Shown here piece by piece: positions 10,233 through 20,562 of a stretch of 61,320 nt of DNA. The notes under the pieces were generated by a model. That model was not told the origin of the DNA and ran no database searches. It saw nothing but the letters and a program-made list of their open reading frames with translations. Every line of letters starts with the position of its first letter. Positions within the stretch are counted from its first letter, which is position 1. The stretch is from Candidatus Sericytochromatia bacterium. Its GTDB lineage: Bacteria > Cyanobacteriota > Sericytochromatia > S15B-MN24 > JAQBPE01. The translations under genes and the position numbers were made by a program. The stretch spans positions 22,752 through 84,071 of the forward strand of contig JBBAPZ010000014.1 in the NCBI GenBank assembly GCA_040400605.1. Direction: 5' to 3'.

Positions 10233-11465
10233 CTAAACGGTTGCCACGTGTAAGCCGGCGGCATCACGAAGCAGCGATGCCTTATCCGTGTGTTCCCAAG
10301 GAACATCCACGTCGGTGCGTCCAAAGTGACCGTAAGCGGCCACTTGTCGATAGATGGGACGGCGCAAGTCGAGCATGCGAATGATGCCCGCAGGCCGCAG
10401 GTCGAAATGGGCTTTGATCAGCCCCTCGATCGCATCATCACCAATCCGTCCGGTTCCAAAAGTATCAACAAATACGGAAGTGGGTTGTGCCACACCGATG
10501 GCGTATGACAACTGAATCTCACACCGGGTTGCCAGACCAGCCGCCACGACATTTTTCGCCACGTATCGCGCGGCGTACGCGGCCGAGCGATCCACCTTGG
10601 TGGGATCCTTGCCCGAGAACGCACCGCCTCCGTGACGGGCATAACCACCATACGTGTCAACGATGATTTTTCGACCGGTCAAACCTGCATCGCCTTGTGG
10701 CCCCCCGATGACAAAACGACCGGAAGGATTAATAAAGTAGCGTGTATTACCCTTCAACAGCTCTTTGGGCAACACGGGATCCAGCACGACACGAAACAGA
10801 TCCTGACTGAGTTGTTCCTGACTGACAGACTCATCGTGTTGGGTTGATATCACCACCGTATCAATCCGCACGGGCTTGCCACCCTCATATTCAACGGTTA
10901 CCTGCGTCTTGCCGTCCGGACGCAGGTAATCAAGCCCAAGCAAACGGCGTGCCTCGGACAGCCTGCGCGCAAGGCGGTGGGCCAAGGTAATCGGTAGCGG
11001 CATCAATTCGGGCGTTTCATCACAGGCAAACCCGAACATCAAGCCTTGATCGCCCGCACCAATTTCATCAATGCGTGCATTCAGTTCGGCCTCACTCAAA
11101 CCGGAACTACGTAGCTCAAAACTGCGGTCCACCGCCGCAGCAATATCGGGAGACTGCTCATCAATCGAGGTCAGCACCGAACACGTGTCTGCATCAAAAC
11201 CATATTTCGCTCGCGTATAACCAATCGAACGAATCGTTTCACGTACCACTCGCGGGATATCCACGTAAGTGCTGGTGGTAATCTCCCCGGCGACCAAGAC
11301 CAGACCGGTCGTCACAGACGTTTCGCACGCCACGCGCGCCATAGGGTCTTTCGCCAAAATGGCGTCAAGCACGGCGTCAGAAATCTGGTCGCAAATTTTG
11401 TCCGGATGCCCCTCCGTCACAGACTCCGAGGTAAACAGATGCCGACGATAACTGGTTTGACTCAC
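10233..11465 (-). CDS. metK: S-adenosylmethionine synthase
   Basis: [31 protein letters not shown] start after GGAGG. Confidence 0.98.
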   Translation of the reverse strand: MSQTSYRRHLFTSESVTEGHPDKICDQISDAVLDAILAKDPMARVACETSVTTGLVLVAGEITTSTYVDIPRVVRETIRSIGYTRAKYGFDADTCSVLTSIDEQSPDIAAAVDRSFELRSSGLSEAELNARIDEIGAGDQGLMFGFACDETPELMPLPITLAHRLARRLSEARRLLGLDYLRPDGKTQVTVEYEGGKPVRIDTVVISTQHDESVSQEQLSQDLFRVVLDPVLPKELLKGNTRYFINPSGRFVIGGPQGDAGLTGRKIIVDTYGGYARHGGGAFSGKDPTKVDRSAAYAARYVAKNVVAAGLATRCEIQLSYAIGVAQPTSVFVDTFGTGRIGDDAIEGLIKAHFDLRPAGIIRMLDLRRPIYRQVAAYGHFGRTDVDVPWEHTDKASLLRDAAGLHVATV

Positions 11466-11554
11466 GTATAATCCTCCACGCGCTCTCGCAATCCAGGGCA
11501 CAACCCACGGCCATACCACCGAGAGTTCAAGCAAGCGCCCCGACCAGAGCGTTG

Positions 11555-11692
11555 GCTCATCTTTTCAAGTCGTGCAATAAACGACTTGCAGGATTTGGCA
11601 CCGTAAACCCCATCGATCCTTCTTAAGAAACCAACTGGAGCACCGGTTGCCGGGCATCATCGGGCCTGTCCCTCCGCCGACTCTCGATAAGC
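11555..11692 (-). ncRNA. SAM-I (S-box) riboswitch upstream of metK
   Basis: Minus strand reads GCTTATCGAGAG...GAGGGACAGGCCCGATGA...GGCAACC...GGTGCCAAATCCTGC...AAAGATGAGC, matching the S-box consensus. Confidence 0.93.
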
Positions 11693-11914
11693 AACATTGA
11701 AGTTGTTTGGCTAAGGTATCACGCGCCGGAAAGTGGTGTCAATCCAAAGAATGAACGCCCAAAGCATCACACCTGAAAACTCAAACAGCATACCCAAATG
11801 GTGACCAATGACGAGCCCGTGCAAACGGCTTCACCTTAAAAAGCACGCATCACCGAGCGAACATCGCGAAACAGGAATACCCAAGTTGCCGCCGAAACGG
11901 CTCTGACGAAGGAT

Positions 11915-13279
11915 TTATAAACTCACCGTCGAACGCTCCGGTGTGACGCTCGCTGGCTTAATTTGCGACCGGTCAATCATGACGGCGTGACCGTTGTGAA
12001 CCGTCTTCTGCCAAACGACAGGTTTTGCGCGCAAGATGTTTTTCAGCGCAAAGGCGACGGCAGGAACCCAGTGGAAGATATAAACCATATAGCGTAAGCC
12101 CGGCATGATATCAATTTGGCGATCGCGTCTCCAAGAGATAACGCCAGACCAGAGACAAGCGGCCAGAACGACAAGTAACGATTGCGCCTGTATCAGGCCG
12201 TGCGGCAAACCACCAGCCGTGTCAATCGCGAAAAACCCCATCCAACCCATCACGAACATCAGCGGCGGCATCAAGGGCAAAAATGCTGAAAGCAAGGCAT
12301 AAATTGCATCCCACCGCAAAATGGTTGCCACGTTCGGCGAACGCAACAGCGCACCCGCGAACTCACCGTAACAGCGCAACATGCCTTCAGCCCAGCGCGT
12401 GCGCTGACGCACCAGCGCAGGCAAGGTCGTCACACCCTCTTGCCAGACGATCGCATCCGTCGCGTGATGAATACGCCCCTGACCCGCCAAAAACAGCCGG
12501 ACAGTCAAATCAAGGTCCTCCGTCAACGAAGCCGGACTCCAGCCACCCACGTTGCCTACCGCACGACGCCGCGTCAACTGACCATTTCCGCCCAAAGCCG
12601 ATGCACCACCCACGGTCATCCGACCAACCTGAAGAATCTCATTGTAAAGCGCAAACTCATCATCCTGAGCCGCCGTCAAAAAGTTATGATGCCGATTATA
12701 CATTCGAACCTGTGCCTGAACGCCGGCCAGTGATGGGTCACGAACGAGCGGCGCCACTGCCCGACGTAGAAAATCGGGTGCCATCTCGCTGTCAGCATCA
12801 AAGACACACACAATCTCACCGGTGGCCACTTCCAGACCAGCATTCAGCGCCTCGGACTTGCCACGATCAGGCAAGTTACGTCGTGTAACCACACGAACAG
12901 GGAACTGCTCCAATATTTGCCCCGTCGCATCCTTGCTGTGATCGTCGATCACCACGACTTCCATTTTTGGATAATCCTGCCCCAACACATACTTCAGCGT
13001 GTTCGCAATCACACTCTCTTCGTTGTGTGCAGGAATCAATACCGACACCGTCGGCCACTCCGCATGCAATTCCCGAACAGGAAGCTCCGCACGATACCGA
13101 TAGGCACCGATCGAAAAAACCACCAACCCGTACAAAAACGGACCAAAGGAGAACAACTGCAGGGGCGTAAAGGTATGACCCCAATAACCCAGTCCCAATA
13201 ACCCAAAAAAGCAGGCGAGGGGCGGCAACATTTTCCGTCCCATACGGTCAGTGGCATGCGGCAGGCGCGAAATCATCAT
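11915..13279 (-). CDS. Membrane GT2 glycosyltransferase (D,D,D,QxxRW type; MgdA/IcaA-like); start uncertain
   Basis: IDD, FDAD, TEDLDLT, QRTRWAEG motifs; N- and C-terminal TM helices. Confidence 0.9.
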   Translation of the reverse strand: MMISRLPHATDRMGRKMLPPLACFFGLLGLGYWGHTFTPLQLFSFGPFLYGLVVFSIGAYRYRAELPVRELHAEWPTVSVLIPAHNEESVIANTLKYVLGQDYPKMEVVVIDDHSKDATGQILEQFPVRVVTRRNLPDRGKSEALNAGLEVATGEIVCVFDADSEMAPDFLRRAVAPLVRDPSLAGVQAQVRMYNRHHNFLTAAQDDEFALYNEILQVGRMTVGGASALGGNGQLTRRRAVGNVGGWSPASLTEDLDLTVRLFLAGQGRIHHATDAIVWQEGVTTLPALVRQRTRWAEGMLRCYGEFAGALLRSPNVATILRWDAIYALLSAFLPLMPPLMFVMGWMGFFAIDTAGGLPHGLIQAQSLLVVLAACLWSGVISWRRDRQIDIMPGLRYMVYIFHWVPAVAFALKNILRAKPVVWQKTVHNGHAVMIDRSQIKPASVTPERSTVSL

Positions 13280-13587
13280 GGGTGCTTTGACGCTTTCTGC
13301 GATGTGTTTTTCAGGATTGACAGTAACAACCAAGAATGCGAGTCAGCACCAATCACAAACTGACTCAAACGATACTATACCACATTCCTTAAAAACTTTA
13401 AACGATACTTAACCTCCATTCAACAATCTGGACGGTCGTCGCCCCGTCTTGGTGGCGCCCAATGCTGGATTGGGTTTGGGTGATCCCAAGTGATCACGGG
13501 CAAATCCGAGAAAGGGTGATGATCGCGGAGATCCGCTCAGAAAATACCCTCACTCAATGTTCAACAATGGCGCACCAATCGAGCGTT

Positions 13588-15066
13588 TCAACCGTGATCG
13601 GCGCTTTGATCAAGTTCCGTCAACAAGAGCTGGTTGACGAGATCCGGTTTGGCACGCCCCTGGGTCGCGCGCATAATTTGTCCCACCAGGTACCCAACGA
13701 CTTTGGTTTTACCCTGCCGATAATCATTGACCTGTGCGGGATGGCTGGCCAAAACGGTCTTGATGGTTTCAGTGAGTACGCTTGAGTCAGCAATCATGGT
13801 CAAGCCCATCGAATCGATCACACGCGATGGCGCCTCACCACTTTCAAGCATTCGCGCCATCACGGTTTTGGCAATCTTGCCTGAAATCACACCCTCATCA
13901 ATCAAACGCACAAGTTCACCCAAATGCGAAGCTTGCACCTTTAACGCTGATACACTCAGCTTCTCATAATTGAGATGAGCGAGAATTTCACCCATAATCC
14001 AGTTTGCCACACCCTTTGGATTCGCTGAGTAGTGACTCACCGCCTGCTCAAAATATGCCGCGACGGCACTTTCCGCAACGAGCACTTCCGCATCATACGC
14101 GCTCAGTCCAAACGCCTGCTGGTAACGTTGTCGCTTGGTGGCCGGTAACTCCGGGAGTCGGTCACGTAAATCAGCAACACAGGCCGCTTCAATACGAATC
14201 GGCGGCAAATCCGGTTCAGGAAAATATCGATAATCCGCGCTGCCTTCTTTGACCCGCATCACCACGGTTGTTTGACGATCATCGTTCCAGAGTCGGGTTT
14301 CCTGGCGAATGGGTTCGCCATCTTCGACCGCCTGAATCTGTCGCGCGATCTCGTAACGAATCGCGCGTTCTACCGCCGCAAACGAATTCATGTTCTTGAT
14401 TTCAGTCTTGGTACCCAATCGCGTCTCACCACGTCGCCGAATCGAGACATTGGCGTCACAACGCAAAGAACCTTGCTCCAAACGTCCATCGTTAACCCCA
14501 AGGTAAACCAGAATGCTTCGTAACTCCTGCACGTACGCCTTGGCTTCTTCGGGAGTTCGAATATCGGGCTCCGACACAATTTCAAGCAAGGGAACCCCCG
14601 CACGGTTCAAATCAACCAACGAATGAGTGGAACCAGCCAAACCAGGCGCCCCTTGATGCAGCAGTTTGCCTGCATCTTCCTCCAGATGCGCACGCGTGAT
14701 ACCGATGCGTTTCACACCGTCTGAAACCGGTACATCCAGGTATCCCGCTCCACAAACCGGTTGATCATACTGCGAAATCTGATAGGCTTTGGGCAAATCG
14801 GGATAAAAGTAATTTTTACGGTCAAACTTGGTCACACCCGCAATCTCACAATTCAGTGCAAGACCCGTCGTGATTGCAAATTCCAAAGCTTTGCGGTTCA
14901 AAACGGGCAAGACGCCCGGCATACCCGCGCAAACGGGACATACATGGTGATTCGGCAAACCGCCAAATTCGGTCGAACAACCGCAAAAAATTTTGGCGTG
15001 CGTCCTTAGTTCCGCGTGCACCTCAAGACCGATGACCGCTTCAAAATCAGAGGTAACTAAAGGCAT
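13588..15066 (-). CDS. gatB: Asp-tRNA(Asn)/Glu-tRNA(Gln) amidotransferase subunit B
   Basis: IGLEVH, FDRKNYFYPDLPK, LRCDANVS, DYRYFPEPDL. Confidence 0.98.
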   Translation of the reverse strand: MPLVTSDFEAVIGLEVHAELRTHAKIFCGCSTEFGGLPNHHVCPVCAGMPGVLPVLNRKALEFAITTGLALNCEIAGVTKFDRKNYFYPDLPKAYQISQYDQPVCGAGYLDVPVSDGVKRIGITRAHLEEDAGKLLHQGAPGLAGSTHSLVDLNRAGVPLLEIVSEPDIRTPEEAKAYVQELRSILVYLGVNDGRLEQGSLRCDANVSIRRRGETRLGTKTEIKNMNSFAAVERAIRYEIARQIQAVEDGEPIRQETRLWNDDRQTTVVMRVKEGSADYRYFPEPDLPPIRIEAACVADLRDRLPELPATKRQRYQQAFGLSAYDAEVLVAESAVAAYFEQAVSHYSANPKGVANWIMGEILAHLNYEKLSVSALKVQASHLGELVRLIDEGVISGKIAKTVMARMLESGEAPSRVIDSMGLTMIADSSVLTETIKTVLASHPAQVNDYRQGKTKVVGYLVGQIMRATQGRAKPDLVNQLLLTELDQSADHG

Positions 15067-15102
15067 GCCGACACCCTTTCTACAAATCGTTCGCTTGAAT
15101 GT

Positions 15103-16578
15103 TTATAAAACCGGATGGCGCTGCACCCAATCGTGGGCTTGTTCATAAGCATACGCCACCTGATAGAGCAAGGGTTCGGACAAAGCAGGCCCTATCAATT
15201 GCAGCCCGATTGGCATACCCTCCGGATCGAAGCCAGCCGGAAACGACAAAGCCGGCAAGCCTGCCAAATTCACAGGAATCGTCGCGATATCCGCCAGATA
15301 CATCCGCAAGGGATCATTCACACGCTCTCCCAAGCGGAAAGCCGTACCGGGAGTCGTCGGTGTGATCAATACATCAAAACGCGTGAATACCGTCTCAAAA
15401 TCGTCACGCAACAAGACCCTCACCTGCTGTGCTTTTTTGTAGTACGCATCGTGGTAACCAGCCGCGAGAACGTAAGTGCCGAGCATGATCCGACGTTTGA
15501 CCTCGGCGCCAAACCCCGCCCGCGTCGATCGGTACATATCGGTCAGCGTCGCAGCATCCCGAGCACGAATGCCGTAACGAACCCCATCATAACGCGCCAG
15601 ATTGGAACTGGCTTCCGCCATCGCCAACACGTAGTAAGTCGCCAACGCCACATCCAGGCGCGGCAATGAAACTTCCTCAACGCACATGCCGGCCGCTTCA
15701 AAAAATTGCACCGCACGCGCCAAAGAATCCCGAATCGCGGAATCGACACCGGAACCATTCAATTCACGGACAATCCCCAGACGCAAACCTTTCACATCTC
15801 GCCCCAACGCCGATTGACAACTTCCACTGGTCAAGCGCCTGGCCGTGGGCAAACTCGTCGCATCCCGAGGGTCCTGAGCAGCCAGACAATCCAGAAGCAT
15901 CGCGTTGTCACGCACATCGCGCGTTATGGGACCGATCTGGTCCAAACTGGAAGCATACGCAACCAAGCCGTAGCGAGACACCAAACCATAAGTGGGCTTG
16001 AGCCCAACCAAACCACAAAACGCCGCCGGCTGACGGATCGAACCACCCGTGTCCGAACCGATCGCCACACAACTCATCCCCGCCGCGACCGCAGCCGCAC
16101 TGCCACCAGACGAGCCACCCGGCACACGCGCCAGATCCCACGGATTCGCTGTAACCTGATAAGCGGAATTTTCAGTGGATGATCCCATTCCAAACTCATC
16201 CATGTTCGTCTTGCCCATCAGCACCAAACCATCCGCCAACAAGCGCTCAACTGCCGTTGCCGTATACGTCGGATGAAAGTTTTCCAACAGACGCGACGCA
16301 CACGTCGTGCGCAGCCCGCGCGTGACAACATTGTCTTTTAACGCCATCGGAATACCGGCCAGCGCACCCAACACCTCGCCCCGCACCCGCGCCTCATCCA
16401 GCACACGAGCCTGCTTTAACGCCTGCGCTTCCTGCAACGTCAAAAAGGCGCCAATTCGAGGCTCCAGCGCCTGCACCCGCCCAAAAAAAGCCGCAACCAG
16501 CTCCTCGGAACCCCATTCCCGCGCAGCAAGCCCCCGCGCCAACCGGTGCGCACTGTCGAACAAGACCGGAGCTGTCAT
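15103..16578 (-). CDS. gatA: Asp-tRNA(Asn)/Glu-tRNA(Gln) amidotransferase subunit A
   Basis: Amidase signature GGSSGGS, GSDTGGSIRQPA, SNLARYDG, EVKRRIMLG. Confidence 0.98.
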   Translation of the reverse strand: MTAPVLFDSAHRLARGLAAREWGSEELVAAFFGRVQALEPRIGAFLTLQEAQALKQARVLDEARVRGEVLGALAGIPMALKDNVVTRGLRTTCASRLLENFHPTYTATAVERLLADGLVLMGKTNMDEFGMGSSTENSAYQVTANPWDLARVPGGSSGGSAAAVAAGMSCVAIGSDTGGSIRQPAAFCGLVGLKPTYGLVSRYGLVAYASSLDQIGPITRDVRDNAMLLDCLAAQDPRDATSLPTARRLTSGSCQSALGRDVKGLRLGIVRELNGSGVDSAIRDSLARAVQFFEAAGMCVEEVSLPRLDVALATYYVLAMAEASSNLARYDGVRYGIRARDAATLTDMYRSTRAGFGAEVKRRIMLGTYVLAAGYHDAYYKKAQQVRVLLRDDFETVFTRFDVLITPTTPGTAFRLGERVNDPLRMYLADIATIPVNLAGLPALSFPAGFDPEGMPIGLQLIGPALSEPLLYQVAYAYEQAHDWVQRHPVL

Positions 16579-16835
16579 CCACTCACCCACTTTCAAACCC
16601 AGGTTCACCGCTGTGAACGCTGGATTGTAATAGGCGTGGATCACCTGTGTCAAAATACCCCAAACAGATCTGACGGACGTCCGCTCAAAGACGCCCGCCA
16701 ATCACAATCCAGTACCTGCAAACCCAACACCTTCACGCTTGTTGGTTTTACAGCTCCTTCAATCAAACAAACCGTCGCAAAACGCATGTCGCCGACAGTC
16801 CAACACCGCCAGCTACACGCTGCAACGCGGCCAAA

Positions 16836-17129
16836 TCACGTACCACCCTTTTTACGACCCTTCCCAACCCGAGATGTCGACCCACCCTTCCGGCCGATGC
16901 TGGAGTAAAACTCCACCCCGCGCTCCCGCTTGACCGACTCTCCACCCTTGCGACCAATCTGCGAAAAAAACTCCGGTCCATATTTATTCTTCGTCGCCTG
17001 CCCACCCTTCGCACCGATGGACTGAAAAAATTCTCGACCCCGCTCTTCCCGAACCGTCTGCCCCCCGCGACGACCCGCCTCCACCATGCGCGGGTCACCC
17101 TTCGCTGGACCTGGCTTGTTCCCCACCAT
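16836..17129 (-). CDS. KGG-repeat general stress protein (GsiB/Em/YciG-like)
   Basis: Repeated EFF/Y-x-x-IG-x-KGG units; GAGGAGG RBS. Confidence 0.9.
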   Translation of the reverse strand: MVGNKPGPAKGDPRMVEAGRRGGQTVREERGREFFQSIGAKGGQATKNKYGPEFFSQIGRKGGESVKRERGVEFYSSIGRKGGSTSRVGKGRKKGGT

Positions 17130-17321
17130 CGCACAACCTCCTCTTCACTACCCGGTTGCACAATCCCAGCTACATATATCTTATTGAATCCTTGTAAAAA
17201 TTTGCGAAGCCACCCTAGCACAAAAAACGCTGCCTTGTAAACGCACGGCAGCGTCAAAACGGTTGTTTTTTATGTTTTTGTGCAGGTGGTTGCCCAAGGT
17301 GCGTCCAGCACGTGCAAGTCG

Positions 17322-17362
17322 AAAAGTGCAAAGGAGAGGATCCTACCGATCCTCTCCTTTGC
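17322..17362 (-). terminator. 15-bp perfect hairpin, probable terminator of the His-rich gene
   Basis: GCAAAGGAGAGGATC-ctacc-GATCCTCTCCTTTGC, followed on the minus strand by ACTTTT. Confidence 0.6.
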
Positions 17363-17525
17363 CCTGACGATTGACAACCCCATTTGCTGTTGTTCAAGAC
17401 TTCTTGCTAGCACGAAGCGTTCGTGGCGACAGCAATCCAAGCTTGACGACAATCAATCAGGGCTAGCACCAAACCATGAGTATCGGGATGGCGTCCAATC
17501 ATATGGGCCCGCCAATCCGCAGGTT

Positions 17526-17834
17526 TTAATGGTGAGAACCGTGATCATCGTGCTTCGCATCGCCGTGATGATCATCGTGCTTCGCATCGCCGTGGTGATC
17601 ATCGTGCTTTGCATCGCCGTGGTGATCATCGTGCTTAGGAGCCGCTTTGGCATCTTTCTTACAGGCACAGTTTTTTTGTTTGTCAAAAGCCTTGTGGCAT
17701 TTTGCACATACTTTTTCTGCAGGTGCAGCGTGCGCACCTTCGTGGTGGTTTGCAAATGCTGGTGCCATACCGTAGGAGCCGACCATGGCAAGGGTCAACA
17801 ATGCACCGAAGAGTTTTGTCATGAAAGCAACCAT
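17526..17834 (-). CDS. Small secreted His-rich protein with CxxCH motif (start 17834 or 17822)
   Basis: Signal peptide ending AFA; CAKCH; KHDDHHGDA x3 plus KHDDHGSHH. Confidence 0.8.
   Translation of the reverse strand: MVAFMTKLFGALLTLAMVGSYGMAPAFANHHEGAHAAPAEKVCAKCHKAFDKQKNCACKKDAKAAPKHDDHHGDAKHDDHHGDAKHDDHHGDAKHDDHGSHH
17540..17637 (-). repeat. 27-bp tandem repeat (about 3.6 copies) encoding KHDDHHGDA
   Basis: GTGATCATCGTGCTTCGCATCGCCGTG-type unit repeated. Confidence 0.9.
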
Positions 17835-17944
17835 CCCTTCTCTCTGAAACATAAAACAGGGAACAAACGTACAAGCGGCATACCCTTGCGATGGCTATTT
17901 ATCACAACTACAAAAATAATATTTCGACCGGAGTCGTGTTTGCC

Positions 17945-18065
17945 ATACAGCGACGCATAGGTTGTGGTTCAAAACTTAAGCGACAAACTCAAAACATCAA
18001 GATCTGACTCGCAGTCTTTGAACAAAAACCAAAATTTAATCATCAATCAACGCGTTTCTGTATAG
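17945..18065. repeat. Dispersed intergenic repeat family A, copy 1
   Basis: ATACAG-GACGCAT-GGTT...GTTCAAAA...CATCAATCAA-GCGTT...TAG shared with 22913-23043 and 51991-52098. Confidence 0.65.
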
Positions 18066-18075
18066 AATCTGAAGT

Positions 18076-18807
18076 TTAAAGGGTCAGTTCAGCTTCCGTG
18101 AAACGACGGACGCGAAATTGCGTAAACCGTTGGGTCAGACTGGCGCCGTCTTTACGACGCAGGGCCAAGTAGTAGACATAATCCGGCGCAGCACCGACTC
18201 CCAGAACCATCTGAGCGCCTGGGATCGGCGCTTGAGGGCTCTCCACATCAAAAATGCGCAGACGACGTCCCTCCTGTATGCTTTCGGGGCGCTCGAGTAC
18301 GCGCGCGTCAGGGCGACGGGCCGCTGCGGTGAAACGATCAGGCGTAAAGTCGGGAGGATAGAGGCCCAACAATGTTTTCGACTGTTCAGACCGAGCTGAG
18401 ACGTCGAGGTTGATGAAACGTAAGACACCCGGCAGGCGGACGCTGACCTTATCTTGGCCAACATCCCGTACCTTGAAGCCCTTGGGAAGGTGTGAACTTT
18501 CAAGTACCTCCATCCACGAGACGCGGGGTGATTTTCGAAAGCGCATACGATACGAGGTTTTGCGATAATCATTGCCGCGTCGTTCTTCGAGGTTATAAAC
18601 CGTTTCAAACTGTTCGCCAGCCGGACCGATGGCGGCCAATAGCTGTTGCAGGCGAGTCTGGGAAACGGGATCGCTGCTTGGCAGCGGCGCAATCGGTGGC
18701 GCAGTGGCAAGCGGCGACGCAGGGCGGGGTGCTTGGGTTGGTTGCGCACCACATCCGACAATCAAGACGGTCATCATCGACCCGAACCAGAGACAGCTAC
18801 GTTTCAT
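18076..18807 (-). CDS. Lipoprotein, LolA/DUF1571-like fold possible
   Basis: Lipobox IVGC, Pro-rich linker, beta-rich domain. Confidence 0.6.
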   Translation of the reverse strand: MKRSCLWFGSMMTVLIVGCGAQPTQAPRPASPLATAPPIAPLPSSDPVSQTRLQQLLAAIGPAGEQFETVYNLEERRGNDYRKTSYRMRFRKSPRVSWMEVLESSHLPKGFKVRDVGQDKVSVRLPGVLRFINLDVSARSEQSKTLLGLYPPDFTPDRFTAAARRPDARVLERPESIQEGRRLRIFDVESPQAPIPGAQMVLGVGAAPDYVYYLALRRKDGASLTQRFTQFRVRRFTEAELTL

Positions 18808-18922
18808 CACCCAACCATTGTTTAAGAAAAGGTAAAATAAGTCAAGGCATTCGCCGCCTCCGTGAGGGTGAGTACGGCGCAGTATAGGCACAACAAGCGT
18901 GTCGTCTGGCTGCATGAGCCAA

Positions 18923-19050
18923 CCATCAGATTAACTGATTGTTCATTAAATTCTAGTTGTGAACAAGCCGCCTGTAACACCCGACACCGGTCTGGTTACC
19001 CTTGCATCTTGTTCTGAATGGTCAGCGTCCGATCAATGAAATTGATGGTT
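18923..19050. repeat. ~128-bp non-coding duplicated element B, copy 1
   Basis: Near-colinear match to 20361-20486. Confidence 0.85.
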
Positions 19051-19054
19051 GGTT

Positions 19055-19915
19055 TCATTCCCTGACCGTTAAGGATCCAAAGCGAGGTGCCGGCGCAGCC
19101 GCTGAAGCATCAGTTTTGGGTGGCGTGATGGTAAAGCGAATACCCAGACTGACGCCAACGAATTGGCTCCAATTGACAATGGCCCGATTGGGGACATCGG
19201 CACCGCCAGCGAGGTAGCGCAAACGAACAAAACCGTCGAGGCCAGATTGAAGTGGCACGCCAAGACTCAGTGCGCTATCAAGGATGCCGCCTTTGACGGG
19301 CGTGAAGCCAGGTGTAAAAAAGCCATCCGTGTCCCACAAGGCATAGATGCCTGATGCGGATTGGTGCTTCAGCCTCATTTTCAGGGCGGGAACCGGTCCG
19401 ATGTCCCGTTCGGCGTCATAGCGGTTGCTGTTGAGATCGGTAAACGAAACCAGCGCGTTTCGTACGCCGAGTGTGGCGCCGAAATCCGCGCTGAAGGGTC
19501 CGTGTTGATAACTGCGATAAAGATAGCTTACGCGCCAGCCATCGAATAGGTAGCGGTGGTCAACGACCGCTCCGGCCGGGAAGGTGGTATCGCGAAAGGT
19601 GAGGGGGTTGGCGAGGGTTACGCGGGTGGTGACATCGAGAGGAGCGAACAGGAGAATGAGGGTGTGGCGATCACCCCAGGCAGCCTCTGTGCTAAAGCGA
19701 CGCGCATCAAAAAGGTTGCGATTTTGCGCTACTGTCGCCGCATCATACGCCGTGCCACCAGCACCATAGCGTCCGTCATTTTGCACAATACCTATCGGGC
19801 CAGCTTCGAGATCCACCGTTACGGAATCCACTGGCGACGCCTGGGCACCATCACCGAAAGCCCCCACAAGTAACGCACAGAGCGTCAATAAAACCACGGA
19901 ATTTTCGATACGCAT
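19055..19915 (-). CDS. Secreted/outer-membrane beta-barrel protein
   Basis: Signal peptide (AQA); alternating strands, VGVSLGIRF near the C-terminus. Confidence 0.7.
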   Translation of the reverse strand: MRIENSVVLLTLCALLVGAFGDGAQASPVDSVTVDLEAGPIGIVQNDGRYGAGGTAYDAATVAQNRNLFDARRFSTEAAWGDRHTLILLFAPLDVTTRVTLANPLTFRDTTFPAGAVVDHRYLFDGWRVSYLYRSYQHGPFSADFGATLGVRNALVSFTDLNSNRYDAERDIGPVPALKMRLKHQSASGIYALWDTDGFFTPGFTPVKGGILDSALSLGVPLQSGLDGFVRLRYLAGGADVPNRAIVNWSQFVGVSLGIRFTITPPKTDASAAAPAPRFGSLTVRE

Positions 19916-20360
19916 CGCTACAACATCCTGTTCGCTTAATCATTCGGGATTTTTTCAAGACACAGTCCGGACAAAATCAATCGGTCGAAGCGCACGCCAG
20001 ATAAGCCTCGGTGTGACCGCCCGAAACCTGTCAATCACACACACCATCAAGCATTCTATCAAAAACGACACCGCGCGGCCGTTGCTAAACTTAAAAAAAT
20101 CCAATACCAGGCAACATTGGGGGAATGAGGCATCAAGCGCAACGTGCCAATCAATGGGCGGCACGTTGTGACGGATCGCGCGTGCGGGGCCTGATTGGCG
20201 AGCGCAGGCGCGTTGACCTTCTGACCTTCTGACATTCTGTGGATCGTCGCTCACCTCCTTTCGTATGCCGGTCTCTGTCATACATCGATCGCTGATGCTT
20301 GCCGCACCATGCCAAGCCCGTTCAGACAATCTGATGGTTCCCTTGTTCAATTATGCCCAT

Positions 20361-20486
20361 CCATCAGATTGACTGATTGTTCGCTAACATTCGTTGTGAC
20401 CATGCCGCGTGCAACACCCGAAAACCGTCTGTTTACTCTTGCGTCTTGTTCTGATGGTCAGCATCCGATCAGTGAAATTGATTGTT
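20361..20486. repeat. ~126-bp non-coding duplicated element B, copy 2
   Basis: Near-colinear match to 18923-19050. Confidence 0.85.
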
Positions 20487-20562
20487 CCCAATCATGGTTC
20501 TACTTCTGTGCATTTGGGTAAGCAATAACCGTCACGTACGCGCTGTGGAGACCAAATTCCTG

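Noticed and set aside
13490..13540. GGGCAAATCC...GAAAGG resembling a c-di-GMP-I riboswitch
   Set aside because: P1/P2 pairing and the GCAAAGC element are missing, and no co-oriented gene follows
13588..16578. gatA-gatB without gatC
   Set aside because: gatC is often unlinked; not unusual
17540..17637. Regularly spaced repeats as a possible CRISPR array (also 1-108 and 61250-61320)
   Set aside because: Contiguous units with no spacers, lengths are multiples of 3 inside ORFs, and no cas genes
20238..20262. 16S rRNA 3'-end-like TCACCTCCTTTC
   Set aside because: No other rRNA sequence nearby
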